From Candidatus Obscuribacterales bacterium (lineage in GTDB: Bacteria; Cyanobacteriota; Vampirovibrionia; Obscuribacterales; Obscuribacteraceae): a stretch of 64,000 nucleotides of DNA. The stretch lies in assembly GCA_019744775.1 (NCBI GenBank), contig JAIETZ010000006.1, positions 41,092 to 105,091 of the forward strand. Direction: 5' to 3'. Below the pieces are notes generated by a model. The model did no database searches. It had not been told where the DNA came from and saw only the letters and a list, made by a program, of their open reading frames with translations. Positions 28,901-34,900 of the stretch are shown here, one piece after another. Positions within the stretch are counted from its first letter, which is position 1. Each line of letters starts with the position of its first letter. Both the position numbers and the translations under genes were made by a program.

Positions 28901-31657
28901 ACAAAGACGACAGGCACCGGCAATTCAACATTGCAAGTCAACAACGAGTTACAGACATTTTCTAATGGCGCCGATACTACTATCGACACGCGTGTCATTC
29001 TTTCATCTAATAACAACATTACAGTAAATACAGATGGCGGCGCCTTGAATGTCAACGGCACAATAACTTCAAGTGCAGCAAATGGCAACATCACTATCTC
29101 AAGCCGCAATGGCAGTTTAGTAATGGGCGGCTCACCAACAGGAAGTATTTCCGTAACCGGCGGTGGCTTAGCATCAATTCTTGTTCTAGTACAAGGCATT
29201 TCAACTGCTCTGACAATGAACTCCAACTACACTTTTAACGCCGGCGCCTCCGGAACAGTCAATGTCATTGCTGATCAAATTACATTCGGTGCTGGTACAA
29301 CCACCACCATAACAGGCACTAGCGCACTAGCCTTCTACGGACAAAATATTATCTTCGGCAATGCAGCAACCATAACAAGTGCCAATACAGTTAGCCTATT
29401 TGCTTCAGGCGGCAGCAATCTGCTGACGATAACCACACCGGACAACGGTTCGGCTAACATCAATGTCTCTTCCGGTCAGATAGTAGTTCAAGGTACTTCA
29501 CTGGCATTTGCTAAAACTGCCGGAGTTAATAGTTCAACTCTTAATCTGAACAATGCCAATGTATACATGCAAAGTTCCAACGGTAACACATCGATAAATA
29601 GCAACGTCATTGTTCAGTCCAATCGCAACATCACCCTCGAAGTCAGCGGCAATCACAACTTTGCACTAGAGGGGACGCTCAAATCCAGCAACAATGCCGG
29701 CGTAATCAACATTTCCGGCAGCGGCGGTGTAACAATCTCAGGCAGCACTGCCGGGACTGTGCAGATGACAGGCAGCGGCGCTAATAACATTAGCCTTATC
29801 GGCTATGACTCAGGACTAACCGTTAACAACTCAATTACTCTTGATGCAGGATCATCGGGCACAGCAACAATCGGTGCCTCCTGCTGCGCCATGACTCTGG
29901 CAGCAAATAAAACAATTACCTTCGCCAATCAAACTGCAGGCAGAGTTCAAGCGACAACTTTACTTTTAAGCGGCAACAACACAATTACAGGCAGCAAAAC
30001 AAGTGGCACAGCGCTCACTATTTATTCTCCAAATCCCAATCCGTTTACCTTGAACCTGCAAGCTAATACCTCCTCCACAATTGCCAGCTCCGGTGGTGCA
30101 ATCAATATAGATTCACCAAAAAACATCACAATAGGCATAAGCGGCGGTACCGGCTCCAGTACTGCAACACTTAATTTCACCGGTGGCAATGTCACGATGA
30201 CCGCCAACGAAGGAACAACGGTGATAAGTTCACGCGTAACAATCAATTCGCAGAAAGATATTACCTTCAATGTAAACCAAGCAACAATTGGTGCTAATGG
30301 ACAGATAAATACATCTCTGGGATCAATCACCTTAATTGCCGCCACAGGAACAATAAGCATAGGCAATAACGTGACGATGTACGCCAATGAAGGCAATCTC
30401 ACCATTCAGAATACAAATGCGGCCGCAGGCGCCATTGATATTGCCAGCGGCGCCAACCTGACTGGCTATACAACCGGTAATCCGGCATTGGGCTTCGTCA
30501 ATATCGTCATCGGACCAATTCCCGCGATGCCTGTTGTCGGCAGCGTTCCAGCTAATGTCACCGTCAATGAGTCAGGTGGCGGAGTTGTTTATTTCGGACA
30601 AAATAGTATTAACGCATCTGCACCAAATAACACAATTAATGCTAAGGGCAGAAATGTTGTCTTCAGCACAGGCGGACAAGGCTCATCAGCTATTACACTA
30701 GGGGGCAACGTCACCATAACAGCTGACCCACCACTTCCAAGTGATGCAACGGCAAGTCAATCAACAGCTCCAACATTGTCTTTTGCAACAACAATTCCAA
30801 CAACGACTGCAGTACATCAGACAATTTCCACTACCGTTATCCCGTTTGATACCAGTCCGGCATCATCAGTCGGTACGCTTGTTGGCAATGACACGTTGAA
30901 CAACTCGGTTAATCAAGCACTTAACGCCGCATTCCCTGCGACAGAAGATGAACTACGGAAGCACAAAGACAACGATGTTTACAGCAATTTAGATCCCACA
31001 GTTTCGCCATATCAGCCGATAAGCTACTCACCTGGACTGGAATACCAACGTTTAAAACCTGCTGACAGCAAGAGTGAAATCTACACATTTGAAACAGCCG
31101 GCACATCAATTAAGTGTGTCGGTGGTGCCAGAGTACTCGTTAATGAACCGGGTGTTGTCGCGGTAAAGCAAGGTGACGTGGTCATTGCTGCTAACAAAGG
31201 CAAAACAACCGTTCGCTCCGGAGATGCAATCATAACGATAGATTCCTCAACAATTGCCTTTATTAGCCAAGAAGGCAACTCGCTGAAAATTCGTAATCTA
31301 TACGAGACAGGCGGCGATTCTATGTGCGTTGTCGTCGACGGAAAACAATTTCACGTCGCCGTTGGACATGAAGTCATCATCAGTGAAAATGAAGCTGTTT
31401 ACAAAGAAAGCAAACACGACAAAGTAGGCAGACGTCACACAAAAGCCATTGACTCTCAATGCGACAAACATATTGCAACATGTGAATTCTCATTGTTGTC
31501 TCTTATCGAGACAAGCAAAATACTGAGACAAATTTGCCACAGCAACGAAGCAGATGACAAAGCTATAGAAGCTCGCTTGGTTAAAATGGCAGCTTGCTTA
31601 ATGCTCACTACTAGCTCGCATGGAGCCTACACGGATGATATAAAAGGTGGGCAGTAA
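19844..31657 (+). CDS. Giant secreted beta-solenoid-type repeat protein, paralogue 2 (complete, 3,937 aa from ATG 19844)
   Basis: The ORF track lists 19829..31657 from a GTG. The ATG at 19844 gives MKKSLLALPLAFLLTFNYLPLPLQAQE, a Sec-type signal peptide, so I prefer 19844. TAA stop at 31655-31657. From about 22.7 kb onward it is collinear with the last ~11 kb of gene 1. Confidence 0.9.
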   Translation: MKKSLLALPLAFLLTFNYLPLPLQAQEAPVDGAAAQSTPAPVVLDHTSLGQLADLVINPQQTVAIDFGSLTGGLTLPGNLTNNGSIYAYSTNPNVNIGSINANNIYNNAGGLITSVIPQGGIPGLSLNLANLVSNFSLNLTAVNNIVNAGMISSAGNLSMTAGGTITNAATQANLAAMLTAVNTVNLTASNIVNSGIISAMQGNINLASKLSTDLILNNVNGQLSALNGIINARDLSYLGAMNTILHGGDFLSRELNIYSGDGIVDVNVNDILGTVNINAGCAHVQAATDNLLLGSLIITGDPTYYNTLGSITVTGPVSTTSGQNLAFAARQDITVSGNISTIASTSTNGTLIFIAGANITGPTPLANTQINNNTANTVTIASGSGSTTGGAINLTGSGNTITTSGGNLTMVAFSGSGAGSALTPGTISVQQSISTAGSGTGFNGSVTMIAGATSGAGITTSAINTGGGSGSNGGAITLRTAAPSTNSSTSLTNGTLTGGFTAGSTTAASVTTGALTTIGSTSTSGRAGGAINITAGTSITTGAIATIGGTGTSNTAADGGAGGAAGSVTFNAGGNISVGNISAYGGTGGSFTGTSGSAYYGGAGGAGAAVSLVTTGDSSSISSGFINTSGGATGTGGYNSGTISGSSAGAQAGGSAGTITLTAPGGISAGYLRAFGAGGEGGNNGSSGVIGTQGGNGGAGAAVSLTSTAGAITLTGDINTSGGGGGGTGNSGGTATGGTGGAAGNISINGAGVVQITGPVLAAAGGGGNGSSASCCGGGGGASFGGGGGGADGGSAGGGLFGGGGTSNWGSASGGSAVSGGVSKNPQGSAGVTNGSVGQGGNSFDTTPNASRTGGVFGVGGVGTNATANQVGQAGQGNMGGAAGSTNGNITISGGSVSLTGTVSSFYPGSTGGSTGFTSSPYSDVSIYGGTTGQAVQITATSGDVSIAGTLNLSGVDRSGQTNGAAGGAAAGLTVSASSGSISLGGITAVGGSGASTTSAVGGAGGAGGAISLTAGQNVTVAGAINLAGGLGGTSTSSSFNGGVGGAGGSLSLNANGIVSLAGSVSTAGGTGGTNSSRTGGTGGQGGSVTITDTAGPITITGNVSTAGGTGGTGSTQGNGAAGGAMSIQTTNYGAVTVSGNLNTSGGNGPTVGQPGAITVRANSNFASQGFASPGSPIFISGYILAQAGGTSRSALTSGAGAITLAGNAVAINGTTNISGTNYSIFGGSSVNITSPGATIGQNYASASDLSSTNTVTNGISTVGFSGNNTSATFAMGSSGSKGQIASRINGTSDTITINTAPNSGHPTAHNILDTSPQTFTGGSAGLLYRDSGNTVRSVTSASTMTAAKRIAVIQNLYAGTQTLIVDTTNTPIATGGSFEIASVNFPTAGDNGGNFSTLVIPASVTANVTTTTVIPANGPTVGPITINGTLSFNATSGSSSGGINAAGNITTGASGLITSTQTTTVSLTSTANSIGSSGSPLKVSLSNLALNAANGSVYANDQLSSGNITLNNSGVNTSTGTFQFQVTATSGNLLTGASQTISGKTLVITSTSGSIGTSGSTVAVNTGLLTASASSGNVYITDSAKVILQDNGAFTNGASTSSGTFSITDTNAAGSGNTAIAFSGPTTISAATVILNASTSGDVGTSATPIAIIAGTVALNAPNGSVYVNDSLSTGNITINNSGANTSNGRFQFRATATSGNILTGGSQTITGNNVILASTNGSIGSTSSLVAVNTGLLTAQATNGSSYITDSARVTLQDNNGFSNAASSSGTFYVIDTNAAGAGTTAIAFSGPTGIAAGTLVLRASVSGDIGTTSNRITTSATNITANAQSGSVYITDTSNSNVNLQNTTIGSTIQNSAGNTFSLVTNQNLTTVNSFAAINNLSLTSTNGAVDLSGILSAGSVTASGGSLTVSAGTNIVAPGNVSAVTYNTSGVNGTNGTSSGGTGNAGGAITLTAGLTSTSGVITLPNLSLTANGGNGGTASSSGGTGGQGATGGNITVAASGTISLNAISANGGNGGSKIGGGNGTGGAAGAGATAMIISTGDNVNLGTITATGGTGGNGAVSGSNGNGGAGGKIDIESQKKSISITGNVDASGGIAGTGGSGGSVGQPTGTSGHSIQLMAVGSLAVTGYVAAAAGGSAANTITATNADIIMYGKTVNLSATGTSLFGGTGGYNAFGGSSMTIVAPGTSTLTQYSTNLDLTTTSTVSMVAFTGGTFTVGTTPVPGGNGAAAQLGTKAGSTLSINGINTPNPVNSTSTPRTFAGNLVVIYNGNSFMTVAPAQAVTPAQWVAAVQVSTTSSQDVTLNAGGTGTQVSGIFTLADSNYPLITAAGGTSTTFTNINIPLGVTENVTTTNTVTSTGNVTINGSLNFQSGSSGALTASGNNLTIAANGTIQSASGNLAITAIGTGSGLVVGSSGIVASAGGNLSITTGAVNNGGLITTSQNNGTITIQNANTMTLTGNGSITSTGTGVSSILIQTTGNTHSLTINGSWTYDPGIAGSTTISAITTGSPLTFGASTTQNIASGTLTVSSRTVVLGDGALIQSQSSTGTAITIDNGAAGATLVVQGPSGGSATIQTNGADIQIQTTNTRQITFDKSSTAATTLNFNTQGLGTVITSNNTDQNINSLVTFASDSNIQMNINGNNNLNLNGTINSSKSSGSIVAQSTTDLNIAGTGTIAFTGGASGTIQLIANGANSLAFIGNTTMDPGAAGSAIFKSQTAGGIISIASGTIQTVQSGASILVSAQNFRFLGDGAALVATGSSNITFDSGTAGNNLLVRTQAGTTTGGISTAGGTILFTPLTDGTLTFSKTTGADAILILSTGGSGLVKTVSAANTAINAGVILSADSNIEVNVNGGNTATVNGTITTNKAAANLLIQSTTNLTLAGTGILAVTGSGSKYITVQAQGANALTVAASLTYNADVDTYVQLQSTASGGSVAFNNNTAQTITGSAYGQVIATQITFSGNATFTNSAGYLDLTGDQLSTNITLTNSRTVTLDLPGGVAFIGSYAAQPLVITKTTGTGNSTLQVNNELQTFSNGADTTIDTRVILSSNNNITVNTDGGALNVNGTITSSAANGNITISSRNGSLVMGGSPTGSISVTGGGLASILVLVQGISTALTMNSNYTFNAGASGTVNVIADQITFGAGTTTTITGTSALAFYGQNIIFGNAATITSANTVSLFASGGSNLLTITTPDNGSANINVSSGQIVVQGTSLAFAKTAGVNSSTLNLNNANVYMQSSNGNTSINSNVIVQSNRNITLEVSGNHNFALEGTLKSSNNAGVINISGSGGVTISGSTAGTVQMTGSGANNISLIGYDSGLTVNNSITLDAGSSGTATIGASCCAMTLAANKTITFANQTAGRVQATTLLLSGNNTITGSKTSGTALTIYSPNPNPFTLNLQANTSSTIASSGGAINIDSPKNITIGISGGTGSSTATLNFTGGNVTMTANEGTTVISSRVTINSQKDITFNVNQATIGANGQINTSLGSITLIAATGTISIGNNVTMYANEGNLTIQNTNAAAGAIDIASGANLTGYTTGNPALGFVNIVIGPIPAMPVVGSVPANVTVNESGGGVVYFGQNSINASAPNNTINAKGRNVVFSTGGQGSSAITLGGNVTITADPPLPSDATASQSTAPTLSFATTIPTTTAVHQTISTTVIPFDTSPASSVGTLVGNDTLNNSVNQALNAAFPATEDELRKHKDNDVYSNLDPTVSPYQPISYSPGLEYQRLKPADSKSEIYTFETAGTSIKCVGGARVLVNEPGVVAVKQGDVVIAANKGKTTVRSGDAIITIDSSTIAFISQEGNSLKIRNLYETGGDSMCVVVDGKQFHVAVGHEVIISENEAVYKESKHDKVGRRHTKAIDSQCDKHIATCEFSLLSLIETSKILRQICHSNEADDKAIEARLVKMAACLMLTTSSHGAYTDDIKGGQ
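19919..20800 (+). other. Conserved N-terminal head domain (gene 2)
   Basis: It aligns collinearly with gene 3. Examples are NANNIYNNAGGLITS vs NAANIFNNAGATISS, and VNNIVNAGMISSAGNLSMTAGGTITN vs VNNIVNAGTITSAGNLSMMAGGSITN. GGDFLSRELNIYSGDGIV matches GGDFLSHQLNMYSGDGIV, and ITGDPTYYNT is present in both. Confidence 0.7.
22000..22460 (+). repeat. Hyper-glycine low-complexity tract of gene 2, (GGN)n at the DNA level
   Basis: The translation reads TSGGGGGGTGNSGG...AAAGGGGNGSSASCCGGGGGASFGGGGGGADGGSAGGGLFGGGGTSNWGSASGG. The DNA contains runs such as ggcggcggtggcggtggc and ggcggcggcggc. Confidence 0.85.
22720..25246 (+). repeat. Supermodule copy (gene 2; subtype-I insert, lacks the LVxRA lead)
   Basis: GGxGG rungs run from ~22720. 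GQPGAITVRANSNFAS is at ~23303 and LVIPASVTANVTTT at ~24040-24085. It is collinear with gene 1 copies 1 and 2. Confidence 0.75.
24317..25330 (+). repeat. Tandem duplication of a 169-aa (507-nt) C-like unit in gene 2
   Basis: LNAANGSVYANDQLSSGNITLNNSG starts at Leu 24317. LNAPNGSVYVNDSLSTGNITINNSG starts at Leu 24824, which is 507 nt later. Each gene 1 supermodule carries only one such unit. Confidence 0.8.
25247..26915 (+). repeat. Supermodule terminal variant (gene 2; subtype-II insert)
   Basis: It starts at TLVLRASVSGDIGTTSN (Thr codon 25247). It contains GSVGQPTGTSGHSIQLMAVG..., TPAQWVAAVQV and NINIPLGVTENV. It is the orthologous position to gene 1 copy 3. Confidence 0.75.
28495..30733 (+). 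other. Shared C-terminal beta-helix module of gene 2
   Basis: It has the same motif order as gene 1. ITADPP lies at 30716-30733. Confidence 0.85.
31052..31392 (+). other. FecR-like beta domain (inferred) of gene 2, followed by a helical tail to 31654
   Basis: The sequence is LKPADSKSEIYTFETAGTSIKCVGGARVLVNEPGVVAVKQGDVVIAANKGKTTVRSGDAIITIDSSTIAFISQEGNSLKIRNLY..VVVDGKQFHVAVGHEVII. It is collinear with gene 1. Confidence 0.4.
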
Positions 31658-31706
31658 ACTAACAGCTAATAACTAACCAGTTAGCTAACTAGAATTTCGT
31701 AAAACA

Positions 31707-31727
31707 TTAAACCGAACCCCGGTTTAA
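31707..31727 (+). terminator. Stem-loop TTAAACCG-aaccc-CGGTTTAA, 50 nt after the gene 2 stop (weak terminator candidate, no U-tract)
   Basis: It is a perfect 8-bp inverted repeat (31707-31714 / 31720-31727) with a 5-nt loop. It is followed by cggaaaag, not a T-run. Confidence 0.25.
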
Positions 31728-31739
31728 CGGAAAAGTAGT

Positions 31740-31768
31740 TTAAATATATATATGCGAGGGCATATAAA
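31740..31768 (+). promoter_or_regulatory. AT-rich motif TTAAATATATA plus (TA)5 and the palindrome TATATG-n6-CATATA; candidate promoter or operator for gene 3
   Basis: The 11-mer is shared with the gene 2 spacer. TATAAA lies at 31763-31768 with TTTAAA 18 nt upstream. The inverted repeat is 31749-31754 / 31761-31766. Confidence 0.3.
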
Positions 31769-31872
31769 CGTTGAGTGGGCGTTGTTCAGCATGTCCTGCG
31801 GCGGTGAATGTAGCTTTGCTGATTGGCTAGCCATGAGTGTCCGGTTTGGTGCTCTGGGGGTCGGCTAGTGCT

Positions 31873-31977
31873 ATGGGTACAAGTAGGTCTTTACTACCAA
31901 CCAAGGTGCTAATGGTTTTATTAACCTGGCAGTTGATTCTGCCGGGATTTTTGGCGTTTCCGCCCGCTGCATACGCT
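31873..31977 (+). other. Sec-type signal peptide of gene 3
   Basis: The sequence is MGTSRSLLPTKVLMVLLTWQLILPGFLAFPPAAYA|QDAS. It has a basic n-region (R5, K11), a hydrophobic core and an A-Y-A site, followed by a Pro/Ala-rich linker (TPPAAPAPAPTP). Confidence 0.65.
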
Positions 31978-34900
31978 CAAGATGCCTCAACTCCACCCGC
32001 TGCCCCTGCTCCCGCCCCCACCCCTGACCTCGACTTAAGCTCTGCCGCAAAAAATTTCACAGCCCCGACCAACCTTAGTCCGACCAATATTACTGTCGGT
32101 GGTCAGACCGTAACGGTCCAAGCATCGCAAGCACTAACTGCAGCTGAATTTGTTGCCGTGCGCCAAGTTATGAATACAGGTAACCAGTACCTACAATTAA
32201 ACGATCTCGGGGTAGCAGTGGGTGGCGGACTTAGATTAAATCCGACCCTAATGACCGGCATTGGCAACCTTGTCGTACCTGAAAGTGTGAGAGTGTCTCA
32301 AAACGCTGCAGTTTTACAAAGCCTCAACTTGGCAGGCAACTTCGTCAATTCGGGCACCTACAATATCTTTTCGTCCAACCCGGCAGTGACAGCCGCCAGT
32401 ATTAACGCCGCCAATATTTTCAACAATGCCGGCGCCACAATAAGTTCGTCTTTAGCCAACCTCACCCTTAATGCAGTCAACAACATAGTCAACGCCGGAA
32501 CAATCACCAGCGCCGGCAATTTGTCCATGATGGCCGGTGGTTCAATTACCAACACCGGGGCACTGGCAATGATGTCGGCGCTCAACAATATAAACATGAC
32601 CGCCAACAACATCGTCAACAGCGGTGTCATTCAATCACAATTGGCCAACATCAACATCGCCTCGCAAATGGCCAGCAATTTAGCCATGAACAACATGGCA
32701 GGACAATTAAAAGCGCTCAGCGGCAATATCAACTTCCGCGATTTAGCATTTTCCGGCAAGCACAACTTGAGTCTCATCGGTGGAGATTTCTTGTCTCACC
32801 AACTGAACATGTACTCCGGCGACGGAATTGTGAATGCCGATATAGGCAACGTCACCGGTCAAATAAACATCTCAGCCGGTGAAGCACATGTTAGTGCAGC
32901 AACAAACAATTTAAACCTGGGCAACATGAACATAACCGGAGATCCGACGTATTACAACACTGCAGGCGATGTTACAATTTCCGGTAATCTTGGTACCAGC
33001 ACTACGCCTTTAACAGTTTTAGCCATAGTTGCCAGCGGCAATATTCTTACAACTACAGGTGCCGGTTCGATAGACACTCGTGGACTATCAGGCAATGGTG
33101 GAGCGATAACTATGGTCGCCGGCGCCAAGTTTACTTCCGATGGTCCGGCATCCGGTAGTAATGACACCACATCTACTCTCACAATCACCGGCGCATCGCT
33201 CACCGGCGGCAAAATCGACTTAAATACAGGTGCGGCAATCTCTTACATCGGTTCGTCCAGTACAGGTGGCGTTGGTAATGGCGGCAACATCCAATTAGTA
33301 GCCTTTGCCGGCTCGGCTTCCGACTCAGGCACAATTACATTGCCGACAAGCACCCCGGTTTTTGCCAACGGCAATGGCGGCGGTAATGGTGGTGCCATCT
33401 CCATGATAGCCGGAGCCAATTCCGGCACTGCAATTACGACCGGCGATCTAACTTCTACCGGAGCAAGTGGAACAGGCAGCATAGCTCTGGCAACGGCACA
33501 GCCGACTATTTTTACTATATTCAATGACCCAAATGTAATCATCTCACCTGGAGGAGCCATAGGCTCAGGAGCCTTTATTGCCGGTGCCACCACAGGAGCT
33601 TCCATATCAACTCAAAACCTGCAAACATCAGCAGGAACAGTAAGCATCACTGCCGGTAATAACGCCGGCATCAACACAATTACAAATGCCGGTGGCACGG
33701 TCACAATAAATACCACCAGCTCAACAGCCTTCAATATTGGCGGCGGTGGTGTCAACGGCACCACTGGAGCAATTACTGCCAATAACACATCCGGGCAAGG
33801 GGGTACTATTTCCATAACCAATAACGGTTCCGGCGGCATCACGCACAACACAACTGCCAACCTCAGTGTCACCTCAGCCGGCAACGGACGAGGCGGGGCG
33901 ATTATACTCAATGCAATCGGCACAGGCGCAGGTGGACCATTAACCATCGGTACAGGCGCCACAGCAGTCACCATTTCAGCCAATGCTATCGGCACAGGCT
34001 CCGTCGGTGTCGCACCTGCAGCGAACATAAGTTTGCTAGGCACAACGTTGAGCTTCAGCACAAACGGTCTAACGCTAAGTTCGACAGGCGGCACGTCAGG
34101 CGCCGGCGGCAAAGTTAATGTCTCAGTCTTAGGTGGCACATTAACAGCCGGTACAGCTACTTCTCTCATCATCAACGCAACAGGTGGTGGCACATCCGGT
34201 GCGGGGGGCACGATAAGTCTCGCCTCAAGCGGAGCTTTGGCAGTTACAACTGGCGCCAATTTTACCAACGCGCCCACAAATGGTGCCGGTGGCGTCTATA
34301 ACCTCACGTCATATGGCTCTTCCGTCACGGTGACCGGTGCTCTGAGCGCTAGCGCTGTCGGCGCTAATGGTGGCGCGGGCGGCAATATATTCGCCTCTGC
34401 CGCGACCACGGCTAGTTTCTCCAGCACAGTCAGTGCAAGCGCAATTGGTTCTATCGGCGGAGCAGGCGGCACTATCTCAATACTGAGTAATAGCGGCACG
34501 ACTTTTAATATCGGTGGCGGCGGCGGCAACGGCACAGGTGGTGCAATCACTGCTAATGCCGTTACAGGCGGTCAGGGCGGACAGCTATACATCACAAACA
34601 ATGGTACGGGCGGTATCACACACAATACTACCGCCAACGTAAGCGTCACTTCTGCCGGCAACGGGTTGGGTGGACTTGTCCAACTGGATGCCGTCGGCTC
34701 AGGTAGCGGTGGTGCGTTAGTAATCGGAAATGGCGGAACGGCTGTTACCATATCAGCTAATGCATCGGGCTCAGGGTCAGTCGGAACATCCAACAACAAC
34801 ATCCTTCTCTATGGAACAACAATCACTTCTGCAAATGGTTTGACATTAAATGCAACCGGTGGCACTACGGGTGCCGGCGGCAAAATTATAGTGTCGACGT

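Noticed and set aside
31791-31872. ATG 31791 or ATG 31833 as the true start of gene 3; also the in-frame GTG 31837, TTG 31846 and GTG 31849.
   Set aside because: The ATGs at 31791 and 31833 are in a different frame that ends at TAG 31866-31868. The in-frame non-ATG candidates would add a non-signal-like VSGLVLWGSASA extension. ATG 31873 yields a canonical signal peptide.
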